Shown piece after piece: positions 12,248-24,945 of a DNA stretch of 64,000 nt (its first letter is position 1; every line of letters begins with the position of its first letter). The position numbers were made by a program, and so were the translations under genes. This DNA is from Zancudomyces culisetae HAW-14-8. Its lineage: Eukaryota > Fungi > Kickxellomycota. The notes below the pieces were generated by a model that made no database searches, was not told the DNA's origin, and worked only from the letters and a program-made list of their open reading frames with translations. The stretch is from NCBI GenBank assembly GCA_052426225.1, contig JBNJNM010000011.1:248001-312000 (forward strand), in the 5' to 3' direction.

Positions 12248-14441
12248 TTTTGATAATGTGTTGAAAAGTTTTGCTGAGAAAGTGTATTTGCAGTGTGATA
12301 TGACCTTCCTTTTAACTAGATAGCTTGGGCCTTGGCGAGATAAGTTAAGAGACTATTACAGTTAGTTTGTGAACAAAATCTTGGAATGCCGGAGCTTGAC
12401 TTTGTATGCAAATGCTAATATTGTATCGAGATATTCGACTATTACTTATTGTTATTGTTCGCAAAACACGATGGTATTTATATTAATACTGAAAAAAAAT
12501 CAACGTATTGGAATTAGGGGAAAAAAAAAAGAACAGAGGCTTGGAATTCACTCTCTATAAACTGAAAAGCGGGACCCTTTTTGCTACCATTACCATAGTT
12601 GTATTGCTAACTTTATCAAAGCGAGTTTCTATTTTTTCTCATATGTGATTAACCAAAAGCCTTGAATATTCTCATCAAGAACCAAAATCAACAAGAAAAA
12701 AAGCTAAGAATAGAAACTTCGAACTCAAGACACTTTAATTATTTTAAATTAGCTAGTTTTGATTTGCAAATAATTAATCTTGATTGCTGCTATCCTCACA
12801 ATAGCCGCTATAATAATTACTATTAGCTATGGGCAATTTATTTTATTTTATTTTTATAATTTGTACCTTGACTCTACCACGTTCTATGGTTGAAATGTAT
12901 CTAAATTACAAACTTAAATACATGACTACTAAATCGGAATTTTTGTTAATTTTAAACAACACCTGGTCTTGACAATTACAAAATCTTTAATTTGGAAAGT
13001 GGGCTTTTCAAATGAAAAAGACCGGTATAATCTGTTCGTTGGCTTGAAATATGCACAAAAAAGTTTTATATGGCTATTTGGTAGTACTCTTTTTGAGCTC
13101 TTTATGTGGTATGCATATACTAAACTTATTGTACAAAATAAAAAAGACGATCATGTCCAACGTATATTTTGCCATTTTGGGGTCGCGGTTTCTACTAAAA
13201 AGTCCCACCAATATAAAAACGTTTAGTTATTCATTCTACACCACTTCGGAGAACAACCCGCCTTTTTCTTAATAAAAAAGAAGCAAGTGGAGACAAACGG
13301 GTATTTTTTCTTGAGCTTGTCTTTTTAGGCCCCATGGTTTAGTCTATCATAATCATTATTTAGCTTTATAATTAATGCGCGGCAATTAGAACCTTTTCTT
13401 GAGGAAAAAATGCGAAAGTTTAGAAATTCGGAACAATATGATAATGTGAAAATGGCTATAAACTTGAAGGCAAATCAGTTTGGGTTAGGGGATACAGGAA
13501 TTTGTAAACAAGGATAATAATGACACCACGTTAATTTCTTCCTACAACAGAAGATATCCCAAATGGGTATTTATTTAGGCATTTACAACATAGAACATTA
13601 TATATCAATTTGCTCTGTTTAGATAGTGGTCTATTTGGTTAACGCCATAGTGGGATTTATATTTTCTATCTATATGAATACTATAATATATCAAATCCTT
13701 CTCAAAATTTAATATTAACAAGAAAATAAAGGACTTCAAATGTTAAAAACGTTGGCAAAATGGTGTGTCTTTTTTGAAACAGCCATCAAGGTAGACACAA
13801 TGATATAATACAGTAGCACACTTCTACATACATAAGTATTACATGTGCCAAGTCGCTATATTAGTAGTTTGATTTGAATTGAAGTATAGGATACTATAAC
13901 CGCTCTCAATCTTAAAGTATGCGCTTGGTTCCAGTGCAGATATTTATTTCTGCGAGGCTGTTGTAAAATAGATAAAATGTGTTGGAATGTAGCATATCAC
14001 AATTCATTGGAGAAAAGAAGCACAATAATGTAATAATAAGCTAAGCCCCAATGGAAATTTAGATGATAATAATAATAATGAATATCCAAAAAGATCGAAA
14101 TAAACACAGATCCTGAAACTCATTTCTTCAAATAAAGCTTTTTTATGTACTAACGCCATCTAATGCAGTATAAAGCAGTAAGCTATTAAAGCCTTTGAAA
14201 AACATAGAATGGTTAGTTGATAGAAGGATCAGGTAGGCATTCATGTAGTGTTAAAATCGATTAAAAACTTGAGTATTCGACTTATAGTTGTATGATAAAA
14301 ACTGAGGGTTTTTAATATAAATACAGAGATAGAGAAGCCCACTAGCCGATGGAGCTTGAAGATAAGGTGTGCGAGTTATTTACTTCCCTTCCATGAGAAA
14401 TATAGCATGTCCATAAAACATAAGGAGATGAGTGTGATGGA

Positions 14442-15604
14442 AAAAAAGTATAGTTTCAGTAGAGTGGTGATATATAACCCAGCTAAACACGTGTATTCTT
14501 TTTCTAGTTTTCAATTTCATAGCTTATACATATATACCTTTGTTCTCCAGCACTCAAATCCAGATCAAATGTTACAGAGTTACTAAGAATCATACCAATA
14601 CCTGCTATTTTCTATACTTTTTGTTCATTCATATTTTTTGTAATTAACACTCAGGATCAAAAATCCAACATCCAACATACAATATTGACAATCTAATACT
14701 CAACATTCAACATTCAACATTCAACATGCAAATTTCAAAAGTAGCGTAACTGCATACTATCCTGATCAAGTTTCGCTGTGTTTTTTGAAACCCTTTTAGC
14801 AGTTGTACAAATTAATATTTTCACATCACTATCTTTCCCAATTCAATCAAACTGCGTATGTATCCGATAACGCCTGGGAACTATAAAAAAAATAGTAATA
14901 AGGAAATAGTAAATGGTAAATAGCAAATAGAATAACTAGCGCGCACAAGTCTGTGAATATGTGTTCTTCAAAATCTTAAAAGCTTGAAACAGTAAAAGCT
15001 GGAAATAAAGTGGAAACGCAAAGGAGTGAAGGAATACAACGGAATTTGCAGTTATAAAGTTTGAGTGTATTTTTCATTTTTTTGTTTGCTTTTTTTGTGT
15101 CTGCTTTTTGTCTGTTTTTTTTTGAAAAGGGTCGCTGTTTTGACTTCCAGTCTTGGTGCTTCTATTTACTTCCACACATAATGTATTTTATACATTTGAT
15201 GCTATATTCACTTGATCCTATAAATATGTGGTGCTACACACATTTTAGAGCCAATTAACTATTCGACAGTCTATATATTCCGATTCCCACGCTTCTAAAC
15301 ATTATTCTGAAATGAAAACAAACAGTTATATCTGCATTTTATTTTTGGTCAACTCAAAGATAATATACTATAGCTAAACCACAATAAAGTATAGTAGGAT
15401 ATACCATAATGGAGTGTAGGCAGCTACAATGAAAAGATATATAAACACATTTGCAGAAGCAAAAATGAAGTGTTATTTTTTATTGAGCTATTGAATTGAA
15501 AAGTGCAAACTCACTAAACACAGTATCACGGTCCAGCTGTATACTTATTACACTAAGGTAAGAAAACAATATCAAAAAATTTTAAAGTATCACAGTTCGT
15601 AATA
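14442..15604 (+). repeat. About 1.16-kb direct repeat, copy 1
   Basis: Near-identical to 27145-28302 (offset 12703). By eye it differs by about 4 substitutions, a 4-bp indel and a 1-bp indel. Confidence 0.95.
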
Positions 15605-15653
15605 AATACCGATTTACTGGATTACCTTTTGCCGCCATAGATTGCTAAATATA

Positions 15654-16619
15654 ATGGAAAATAAAAGTCAAGAGCCGAGTTACTATACAAGCCTTAAGTG
15701 TAGAGCCGCTGCGTTAAAAGTTTTCGGCGAGAATTTTATCAGGATCAAAAGCCTCGATGCTGGAAATTCGCTTGATATGAATGTCGTTAGAAACGTGTTT
15801 GGTATCAATCCCAAACATGAGGAAAACCCCCCAAAAGCGAGAAATAATGATATCTCAAGAGTTTCCCAAATTTTTAGTCACGTCCTACTTGATAGCAATT
15901 CGATGGTATTGGGATATATCCAGAATCCAATAGTTACGTCCGAAATAGATCCTCAGGAATTGATTAATCTTGCTGCTATTACCAGCACCATAAATCCTCA
16001 AGAAGTTGAAAAAGATGAGGGCACTGCAGAAAGTACTGCAACACCTTTAAACACTACCAGAAACGTGTACACAGGGGACGGTGAATACTTATTTTCAATT
16101 GTAACGGTCCATTTGCCCAAAATCTCACGTATAAGGATAGTCAATACCAGACATGCATTTGCACTGGGAAAATCTGAGTGTTTTTTCGCTGGTGAAAATG
16201 TCAAAATTGCTACATTTTCCGATTTTTGTAAGGGTGAATTTGGAATCTCGCAAAAAAAGCCCACCGCTGAGAGCTTTAACAATATTACCAAGATGGTATG
16301 GTCGGAAAACGCACAGTTACCCGACCTCAATTCACTAAACATCACGTATTCAGATGATGAAATCTTGATGGTGTGTAGTCAATCATATGCACCGATAGGC
16401 TGGATAAAAATCGGTGAAGATGAAAAGGAGATTGACATATCATATAACACCAATTACTTTTTGGAGAGTGGAGCACAGGTAGACACTAACAATGGAAAGG
16501 ATAATGAATCGATATCTCTTTTCGAACCTAAAAGTCTCATCAATGTTGAGTACAAAGCAGCCATATTTTCAGTTGCGTTTTACGGGCTTTTGAAATTCAT
16601 TGTGCCCCTCCTTGGGTGA
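15654..16619 (+). CDS. Hypothetical protein, possibly a divergent scramblase/LURP-one/Tubby-C fold
   Basis: Long ORF with ATG at 15654 and a probable 5' intron 15558-15640 (GTAAGA..CCATAG). Beta-rich pattern with a terminal helix YKAAIFSVAFYGL reminiscent of the scramblase core helix. The product assignment is weak. Confidence 0.6.
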   Translation: MENKSQEPSYYTSLKCRAAALKVFGENFIRIKSLDAGNSLDMNVVRNVFGINPKHEENPPKARNNDISRVSQIFSHVLLDSNSMVLGYIQNPIVTSEIDPQELINLAAITSTINPQEVEKDEGTAESTATPLNTTRNVYTGDGEYLFSIVTVHLPKISRIRIVNTRHAFALGKSECFFAGENVKIATFSDFCKGEFGISQKKPTAESFNNITKMVWSENAQLPDLNSLNITYSDDEILMVCSQSYAPIGWIKIGEDEKEIDISYNTNYFLESGAQVDTNNGKDNESISLFEPKSLINVEYKAAIFSVAFYGLLKFIVPLLG

Positions 16620-17045
16620 AAACAAAAAAATTCTGCCTATCCAAACCTACCCCGCCTTAAGGATGTTGTGGATGAAAGATACACGTATATTCTAATGTTT
16701 TTGTTTTTGTTTTTGTTTTTGTTTGTTTTGTTTTTCAGCCATGGTGCGTTATATTCGGACGTATCTAAATAAACCCAATTTTAACTCTAGATACAGCTTT
16801 CAAATATTCAACTAGTACTTGATATATCTCGAATTATACATATTTTTTTGTATCAGATCCTTCAAAAATAAAAAACCAGATTACAAAATCCAAAAATTCA
16901 TGCTAGCCAAAGCCTAACAGGCAAAAATATAAATTATAGTTTGATTGCAATAATTACAAGAAAACGGAGGGGGAAATATAACAAATATGTTTCTATAGCG
17001 GATGAAAAAACAAAGAATAATCATGGGAAGGGAAAAAAAAGAAAA

Positions 17046-19413
17046 ATGGAAAACGAATCTAAAATTCATGGATTATATACCAAAAAAGTAGCTTTTTCAA
17101 GCGAAATTCAAATCAAAGCACAAGATTTTGAGGATTTGGTAACAGAGTTTCCAAAATTGGAAAGATAGTAAGTTATATACTTTTTTTTGAAAAGGCAGTT
17201 CACAATTGCTAAATGGGTTGAACAAGAGAAAATTATCTCTTTAAAGGTAAAATAAGTAAACATTTTTGTGTAAAACGCACAGAGTTAACCATTATGTATA
17301 AAAATAGCGTGTATAGGAAAGGCAACAAGCGATATTTTGACTATAGCAACAGTGCAGCGATAAGGTATGCATTTTTATTTACTATATAGTTTCGTTATCG
17401 TTAATGAATTTTATTTGGGTCGGACTTTTTCAAAAATGGGTGATCAAGTAGGGGATATAAATAAATCAAATCAAAAATAGGGAGTATAACAAGGCCATAC
17501 TAGAAAAGGAACACGGGATCAAAATGAAGCTAACTGAGGAAAACCTATGTCCGATGGTAAATAGTCGAGTGCAATATTTAAAATGGATCGAAATATTATT
17601 GGAAAGGTATTGCTGTTTTGGACAGTCTTATGATGACGCACGTGTCAGTAGCAGTGGTTCGATTGTGAATAGGAGTTGGTATGGTGTAGATATCGGAACA
17701 GGTGCGTCCTGTATATACCCAATATTGGGCGTGAAACTGAATAACATTAACAACACCAAAGAAAGCGGTACTATGCATAGTATCTGCCGAAAAAAGCTTA
17801 GATTTCTGGCTACGGATATTGACGAAAAATCAATAGAGCTAGCTAAGCAGAATGTTGAAGCGAATAATATGCAAACTGATATTGAGATATTCCATAATAA
17901 CACTACTACGGGGAATGGCGGAAGACAAATATTCTTTAAAGAGCTGATAGATCGAATAAATGCGATCAATGAAATACAGGATCCTTATCAGGTTAATACA
18001 ATAAACCAGGTGAGATTTAGTATGTGTAACCCACCATATTATTGCGACGAGACAGATAAAACAAAAAACACCAATCTGCGCTTTGATAGTAAATCAAGTT
18101 TAGGTCAAGACGAAAAACAATCCGAAAGACTATGTAGAGTGAAAATGATGAAAAGTACCAATAACGAAAGCATAACCGAAGGTGGCGAACTTGAATTTAT
18201 TAGCCAGATGATTCGAGAGAGTATAGAGGTGGAGTTAACCTTGAGCACCGCGTCAAGCATCAAAGACAGGCTTAGTGTTGAGCGTGGTAGTGGATGCCCC
18301 AATGAGAGCAGTAATTGTGGCATCGAATGGTACACAAGCTTGGTTGGAAAAAAACAAACGTTGCAGACATTACTAAAGCGAGAGTTTCCCAAGCTGGTCA
18401 GCGACTTCCAACGGAGACAGAGGGGCGCCAAAAAGGGTGTGCTGGTGGTCAGTGACCGGCTAAGGATGGGTAATACCAGTAGGTGGGTTATTGGATGGAG
18501 GTTTGTGCAAGAAATTACTAATAAAGACGTCGAGGGTCGGGAACAGAAGAGAAATGTCATGGGAAGCGTGGACCGGTTTCTTTGTAAATGTGTAGTCGGA
18601 CGCAAGGGTATTTCAACCAAGACTACAAGTTTGATGGGCAAGTTGGAAAGTAGAGTTTCTCGCAACAATATCGGTGGGGTTCAGAATATTACCGATGGTT
18701 GTGAGTATAATATGGGTGGTGTTTCTACAATTAGAATACCAACACAACTATTCCTTTGCCCTCCACGAGGAAAGGATGAAGGGGAATCTAATTATGGTGT
18801 AAATGGGTTGGGTGGATGTGGAGACATAAATAGACTGGTTAAAAGTGTAGAAACAACCATTTCTGGTCTACATTCCGAAAATCCTAACGCTTTTATTATA
18901 ACTGGGTACAAAAAATCCAGCACCAATGAGGATTGTGGCACCAACACTGGAAATATAATAGGGGTAAAAAGGAAAAAAGCAGAACCTGTCACTTTTATGG
19001 AGTACCGGTGCGTGATACACAGAGTATTTTGGACAAGGAGAGCCAGACGACAACTATTGACTCAAGAGAAACAAAGTTCAATAACTGATAGTAAACACTT
19101 CATAAACCAAGGACCACATATTAAAATTTGCGACATCAGAGAAAATAGTACAAACAACGGCAACGATATTAGTGATGGCGTAAAGTTGTATATAATATTA
19201 AGAATCACAATCGAATGCCAAGATTCACACCATGATACTGGTAAAAACTATGGTACTATCAAGCTACAGACATACTACAACAGTCAATACCATGAAAATG
19301 GAACGGAGGATGGCGCTATAGAACCCATTGGTGGTGAGAAGAGTGTAGAGAGGACACTCGACTCGCTACAGTCAATGCTGACATCACGATTAAAAAAGGC
19401 AGTACTGGCTTGA
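17046..19413 (+). CDS. METTL16: METTL16/RlmF-family RNA m6A methyltransferase (U6 snRNA), exons 17046-17167, 17308-17364, 17481-19413
   Basis: Motifs GVDIGTGASCIY, ATDID, MCNPPYY, GGELEFI, WYTSLVGK and RWVIGW. Splicing restores the N-terminal DFEDL..FPKL / FDYSNSAAIREYNKAIL / LCPMVNSRVQYLKWI. Confidence 0.9.
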
Positions 19414-19651
19414 ATCAAGTGAGCTTGTTGGCAGTCTAGATACCATAAGGGGATAATATAGACACCATGCATATTTTTTTAAGTGAATGTGTATATGCTT
19501 TTTATTTTTTATTTTTTGGTAGTTTTTCTATTAAGAATAGATCTTTATAACAAATATTACTAATAAATCTGTAAATGACGGAGAGATATTGTTATGTATG
19601 TGGAAAGTATAGAGAAAGGAGTTGTAAAAAAAAAAGGTAGTACTACGAGTA

Positions 19652-20419
19652 TTAAGATGCAGTAAACAATGAGCCCTCAGGCGGTTGGGGAAGGCGCCGG
19701 TTGTAGGAAACTGCCATTTCGCGGCGAATCTCGACAAGTACAGTTTCGAGGGTATTCGAGCGCTTCCAGCTGGATAGTACAGGTACGCGTTGCTTGTTGA
19801 CAGCACCGGTGGCCTGGTCGACACAAGGCAGGTTTATTTTTGTCAGAAAAGTGACAGAGGGTGGCATATCTGGATAGTTCTCGTCGCAATGGATTTTGAG
19901 ACAGTAGATACGGTTTTCGAATACTGACTAAGTTATGAGAAGAGAGTGGAGTATAGGTATTGTTGTTAATTTAACTCGTAAAATCTCAATAGACAAATAA
20001 ACAGAAGGGTAAATAAATGGTAATATAAAATGAAGGAGAGTGGAGGAAAATTAAACTTACATTTGGTACACCCAGAATGGTGCCATCCCAATTCGAGAGT
20101 GTAATATCCTCGGGATCCGACAAACCGTAACTGCATGCACCGTCACCGATGCCTTTTTCACCCTTTTCAAGTTCTTCTAGCAAACGGAAGTTTCTGGGAA
20201 CTATTATAAAACAGAGATGTAAATGTGATAAAGATGTATTATTGATATTTGAAAAAAAGGGAAAGAGGAGAGGAGAAGGGGAAGGTAATAGAAAACTAAT
20301 CGTCCCGATTGAGGCGGGGGGGAGGAAGATTAGTTTGGTTATCGCTTTTTTTTAAGAATAATGGTGTGTGGAGTGTTAATTATAGAGAATGAAAAGAAAG
20401 GGTATTTACCTAGAGCCAT
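19652..20419 (-). CDS. MMS2: Ubiquitin-conjugating enzyme variant Mms2/UEV1, exons 20419-20410, 20200-20061, 19927-19652
   Basis: Spliced [20 protein letters not shown]...SYGL...WDGTILG...[21 protein letters not shown]...KINLPCV...LPQPPEG. Confidence 0.95.
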
Positions 20420-20775
20420 CGTTTGGTATGGAAATCAGTGATGTGAATTGTTCCTGAGTATTTTTAAAGTGGCTATTGTGATTTATTATACCTAAGTGGC
20501 GTTAATGAAAACCAAAATAATAAAGAGTGTAAGAAATAAAATGAACCAGTTTGAGATTAAATAAACAAATAAATTATAAGCAAAATAACCAAAGAAAATT
20601 AAAAAAAGGAGAAACCTAGGTTTGGGGTACAGAATATCATCAAATCAAGTCGAATCCAAAAAAAAAGGGAACCAAACACCACTTGTAAAAGATGAGAAAC
20701 ACGTATGCTATGAATGTATAGGATTACGTGAAGAGGATTGGAAGAGGGAAGAGGGATGAAGGAGCCAACAAAGGA

Positions 20776-23700
20776 TCAAGACAAATTAACCAATTGTTTT
20801 CCAACCAAATATTCCTGGTCACGTAGGCTGTTAAATAGACGCTTGATATACCTGGAGTAGCAGTAACTGGACAGAAACACAAGTAGACCAATGGACAGCA
20901 CCAAAAGATACACAAGTGCGTTAATACTTTCGTCAAGATCAATGCTCGTTGAATTTAGTGTTAAAAATGCAAAAAGTGAAGATGGGTTGCCATTTGCAGC
21001 TGAAACGGCAGTAGTGAGGCGTTCAGGTGTCTTCAACACATCAACAACAAGCCAGGTGAGGAGTAAAGGAGTTGCATTGACGATAGCAAATATGAAAGTA
21101 GCAGGAACAATGAAGGTGGATATAAGAGGAACAATGTTCCAGCGGTGCGGAGAATCCAGGACAAGATATGTGGTGAGGACATTGCTGTAGTGTGAGTTTG
21201 GGTAGAGGGAATGGATTAGAGAGTATATGATGCGGACTATACACAGAGAAAATAGCCATCGGTCAAGCAGGCGGGTGGAGAGGTACGATGAGGATGCAAC
21301 CAGAAGAGAAAATGAAGGTAGGTAGTATCCGATGGTCACCGCAATGAGTAGAGGTAGATATACAACGAATAGGGCAACAAAGGCTAGCACATTTGCAATA
21401 GACTTAAGTACAGTCCAAGCGTGTGATGTCAGATAGGCGCGATTAAAAATGAAGGTAATGAGATGAATGAGAAGGAACAAGGCAGTAAAACCTAGGTTGT
21501 AGCGGTAGAACAATAGTGGTGGTGCAGCAGTGCCAAAGAGGTAAGGATATAGTGCAGTGCCAAGGAGAGGCGGGAAAAAAATCAGTAGGTACTGCAAAGC
21601 GGCGATAGTTACAAAAGCCATGACAAAGAGAAGGAAAAGTCGGGTGTAGAAATCGGCAGGCGCGTAGACTAGGCGATGATGGGCCGGGTTAAAGCGTAGA
21701 TCACGGCCACCGAGCCTGCCGTAGCGCATTTGCAGCATTCGAGCGCCGTGGTTTCCGGCCATAGTATCAATGGCATGATAGTCATGGGCTGGGTTGAGGG
21801 GTTGAATCGAGCCGTCAGGGCCAACGCGGACAGGAACAATCATCTTACGGCCAGGCACAACAGCAACGGCGTCAATTTTTGGTACGCGCAGTGTTTGGCC
21901 AGGCAGTAAACGAAAGTCCAGACCAGGGTAGTCGCGATGTAATGCTGTTGATATCACAAATTGAATACGGTCAAGAGGCGGCAAGTCAGTACACATGTGT
22001 AAAATAGGTAGCAACTTGTCGGCTAGATCTTGCGCAACAGGCCAAGCAGGTTGATGATGCAGCACGAGCCGGAAGGCAGCATCGACTAAGTCGCATGGTG
22101 GTGGTTTTACAAACCAGCGCAGTGACGAGCGAACCCATACACCACGCTCACAATAGTGGGAACGAGATGAATTATTCCCCAGCAGAAACTCAGATAGGCC
22201 AGTCAAGTGAGAACATACAGTCCACCACCATTTGAACAGGTGGGTGGCAAGCGAAACTGGGCGAGACCACAACGCTAGTAGTGGCAAAGCAAAGTGGAAT
22301 AACGCAATGTTCAGTGATACTTGAGCTGGTGGGGGCGAGGATGAAGAGCTAATTATAAATGGGCTATGGGAAAACATCAGAACAGCCTTTAGAGTCAGAT
22401 AAGAAAACGTGAGCAGCAGAGCAACCAAAATAACCAGCGACAGACCAAGCTTTTTGAGCAACTGGCTCAACCGCAATCCTAGAATTTCCTTCATTGGGTT
22501 GAATTGTGGATCGTTGGGGTTCTGCACAAACCACAACACGCCTGGTCGTAGAACCGTACGACACTGTACCAACAATCGACTCAACTCAAACATAAAGAAC
22601 GCGCCACAAAACCAGTGCACAAATATGCTGATGTATAGATTGGAGCGCATATGTTTGGCAATCATGGAGGCCGTTGGGTGTCCACCAACCAAGTCATGTG
22701 TTGCATACTCTAACACAAAACCACATATACCAGGAAAAACCACCAGCTCAACCACTAAAAACAACCCCATTTTAGCCATTTTCAACACAGTCTTTGCCCC
22801 TACATAAACAGTGTTTCCTCGTCCTCGTCCCTCGCGCCTAATCTTCCGCTCCATGTGCTTAACTACAACCGCCACTGTGGCAATCAATATACCTACTCCT
22901 ACAACCACAGCTACGAAGGCACTGTTTCGCCCACTTTCCAATATACGTATCACCTGGGCAGTGGTTGTTTTGATCGACTCTCCCATCTGTATACTTATAT
23001 ATTCACGCTCTTTACCTATAACTTCAAACCACGTTCCAATAATGCGCCGCTTGGTATCTACCATAACACCACGTCCCCCAATTACCTTCCCGCCTAGATA
23101 CTCCACTAGCAAATCTATAATACTCTCGAGTCGCCCATTAAGATACTTGACTATCCATATTATTTCAATTCCTAAAAACATCTTTCCGACCACATACGGA
23201 AGCCATACTCCCACACCTACAACCAAACTCACCATTGACAACACTAGTATTAAATACTGCACACCTGTAGCTAGTCCTCCTCTGAATCCTACCACTTCCA
23301 ACATTCCCTCGGCCGCATCATGCATCATGATTACATCATCCTCGTCAACCTCCTCATCTCCATCCTCCCCTTCTCTTTCTCCCTCTCTCTCCCCCATATC
23401 ATTTATTCCATCCGGCTCTTCTACTCTATCTAACCCATCTAATCCATCTAATCCATCTAATCCACCAAATCCATCAAATCCATCAAATCCATCAAATCCA
23501 CCAAATCCACCAAATCCATCTAGTCCATCTACTCCACCTACCTCACCTAACCTATCAATTCCATCAATTTGATCTATTCCGTCCATCCCATCTATTCTGT
23601 CCATCCCATCTAGTTCTTCTAATTCATCTGGCCCTTCTAATTCCTCTTCCACGCTCTCTCGTTGTTGTACTTGTTCTCGCTCTCCATCTATTTCTGGGTT

Positions 23701-24945
23701 TACCTCTTGTAATATTTCGGACATCGGCCGCCTTTCCTGATTATTTACATTTACAGCCTGCCCTTCTTCTCTTACTTCTCTCCCGTCATCCCTTAAATCA
23801 CCATTTTCTCGATACTGTTGCTGTTGCTGTTGCTGCCTTTCTGCTTCTATTTCTGCTTCTATTTCCGCCTCCTCTTCGTCCTCGAGTATGTCTACCACAT
23901 CATTACTAAGTACCCAATCCCTCAGCAAAAAGATCATCATAAATCCAAATATCGACGCAAATATTACTACAGTACCCTGAATGCTATTTTGCACTATCTG
24001 ACTAATCCATCGTACAATCATTTCGACGTCTATATTTATTTGCAAATTCATGCTTGTTCCAACTGCTTTCACCGTTTCTACTATCTGTCGCATTAGTAAC
24101 CGTGTGAAACCACTAGATTCTAATATCTTGTAGCTCATCTCAAACACTGTCTCTGGATACCGGCTAGAAAATGGCCATATCCGCTCTAGCTTGCTGAAAA
24201 CCGCCTCTACCACTTGCTCTGCACCTCCATCAACATCGCCGCTACCAATTACATGCTTTCCACCACCAGCAATCTTTTTAGATACAGCCTTTATTCCTTG
24301 TGCAGCCAATATTCCTACACCACTACTACCAGTACGTTCGTTTACTCCTATTTCGTTTGTACCCACTCCCGGTTCTCCGAAAATAATCATCTCTGCTGTC
24401 CAAAAATAAAATCTGCTAATCCACATTACTAAATTCGGCAGCAAAATCATCCACAAAATACAGATTACCAATCCTTTACCTATTTGCACCATGATTCGTA
24501 CAACATGCTCTCCTCCACGTCGCACTACCACACCCACTGGGAGCTTTGATGGCATGTTTGCCGCGTAAATAGGTGTAAACGTAAATTCATGTCCACACAG
24601 TTCACAGCTTTGTTTGTGACTATGTTCAAGCCATTCTATCAGGCATTTCTGATGTACATACCGAATACTGCCTGAACATTTGCACGGATGAAACAGCTCT
24701 TCATGTTCAGTCGCCTCACTCCTACACACCCGACATATCGCTTCCTCTTCCTCTTCCTCTTCCTCTTCCTCTTCCTCTTCCTTTTCCTTTTCTTTTTCCT
24801 TTCCTTTTTGTTGTTCTATTTCTGAATCTTGTTCTTTTTCGTCCTCCACCCCTTCCCCTTTTCCAGCCTGTTCCTCCCTTTGTACTTCTGCATCGTATGC
24901 TTCGGCCTTTTTGTTCTCCAGAATTTGTTTTTCTACTTCAACCAT
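20776..24945 (-). CDS. DOA10: ERAD E3 ubiquitin ligase Doa10/MARCH6
   Basis: RING-CH CRVC..PCKCSGSIRYVHQKCLIEWL..CELC, many TM helices, LRPGVLWFVQNPNDP motif and C-terminal LRDQEYLVGKQLVN. Confidence 0.93.
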   Translation of the reverse strand: MVEVEKQILENKKAEAYDAEVQREEQAGKGEGVEDEKEQDSEIEQQKGKEKEKEKEEEEEEEEEEEEEAICRVCRSEATEHEELFHPCKCSGSIRYVHQKCLIEWLEHSHKQSCELCGHEFTFTPIYAANMPSKLPVGVVVRRGGEHVVRIMVQIGKGLVICILWMILLPNLVMWISRFYFWTAEMIIFGEPGVGTNEIGVNERTGSSGVGILAAQGIKAVSKKIAGGGKHVIGSGDVDGGAEQVVEAVFSKLERIWPFSSRYPETVFEMSYKILESSGFTRLLMRQIVETVKAVGTSMNLQINIDVEMIVRWISQIVQNSIQGTVVIFASIFGFMMIFLLRDWVLSNDVVDILEDEEEAEIEAEIEAERQQQQQQQYRENGDLRDDGREVREEGQAVNVNNQERRPMSEILQEVNPEIDGEREQVQQRESVEEELEGPDELEELDGMDRIDGMDGIDQIDGIDRLGEVGGVDGLDGFGGFGGFDGFDGFDGFGGLDGLDGLDGLDRVEEPDGINDMGEREGEREGEDGDEEVDEDDVIMMHDAAEGMLEVVGFRGGLATGVQYLILVLSMVSLVVGVGVWLPYVVGKMFLGIEIIWIVKYLNGRLESIIDLLVEYLGGKVIGGRGVMVDTKRRIIGTWFEVIGKEREYISIQMGESIKTTTAQVIRILESGRNSAFVAVVVGVGILIATVAVVVKHMERKIRREGRGRGNTVYVGAKTVLKMAKMGLFLVVELVVFPGICGFVLEYATHDLVGGHPTASMIAKHMRSNLYISIFVHWFCGAFFMFELSRLLVQCRTVLRPGVLWFVQNPNDPQFNPMKEILGLRLSQLLKKLGLSLVILVALLLTFSYLTLKAVLMFSHSPFIISSSSSPPPAQVSLNIALFHFALPLLALWSRPVSLATHLFKWWWTVCSHLTGLSEFLLGNNSSRSHYCERGVWVRSSLRWFVKPPPCDLVDAAFRLVLHHQPAWPVAQDLADKLLPILHMCTDLPPLDRIQFVISTALHRDYPGLDFRLLPGQTLRVPKIDAVAVVPGRKMIVPVRVGPDGSIQPLNPAHDYHAIDTMAGNHGARMLQMRYGRLGGRDLRFNPAHHRLVYAPADFYTRLFLLFVMAFVTIAALQYLLIFFPPLLGTALYPYLFGTAAPPLLFYRYNLGFTALFLLIHLITFIFNRAYLTSHAWTVLKSIANVLAFVALFVVYLPLLIAVTIGYYLPSFSLLVASSSYLSTRLLDRWLFSLCIVRIIYSLIHSLYPNSHYSNVLTTYLVLDSPHRWNIVPLISTFIVPATFIFAIVNATPLLLTWLVVDVLKTPERLTTAVSAANGNPSSLFAFLTLNSTSIDLDESINALVYLLVLSIGLLVFLSSYCYSRYIKRLFNSLRDQEYLVGKQLVNLS
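23420..23620 (-). repeat. 9-bp coding tandem repeat (GFD/GFG/GLD/GMD tripeptides) within DOA10
   Basis: aatccatca/aatccacca/aatccatct units on the + strand; boundaries approximate. Confidence 0.8.

Noticed and set aside
13330-13800. Protein-like fragments on the + strand (…RRYPKWVF…)
   Set aside because: Many stops and frame changes; no recognisable family.
15061-15258. 65-aa Phe-rich ORF duplicated at 27764-27961
   Set aside because: TTG start and T-rich low complexity; identity is simply due to the DNA duplication.
14442-15604. The 1.16-kb repeat as a MITE, Helitron or solo LTR
   Set aside because: No terminal inverted repeats, no TC..CTRR ends, no TG..CA ends and no TSD seen.
19652-24945. 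MMS2 and DOA10 adjacency as a ubiquitin gene cluster
   Set aside because: They act in different pathways (K63 chains with Ubc13 vs ERAD); adjacency is plausibly chance.
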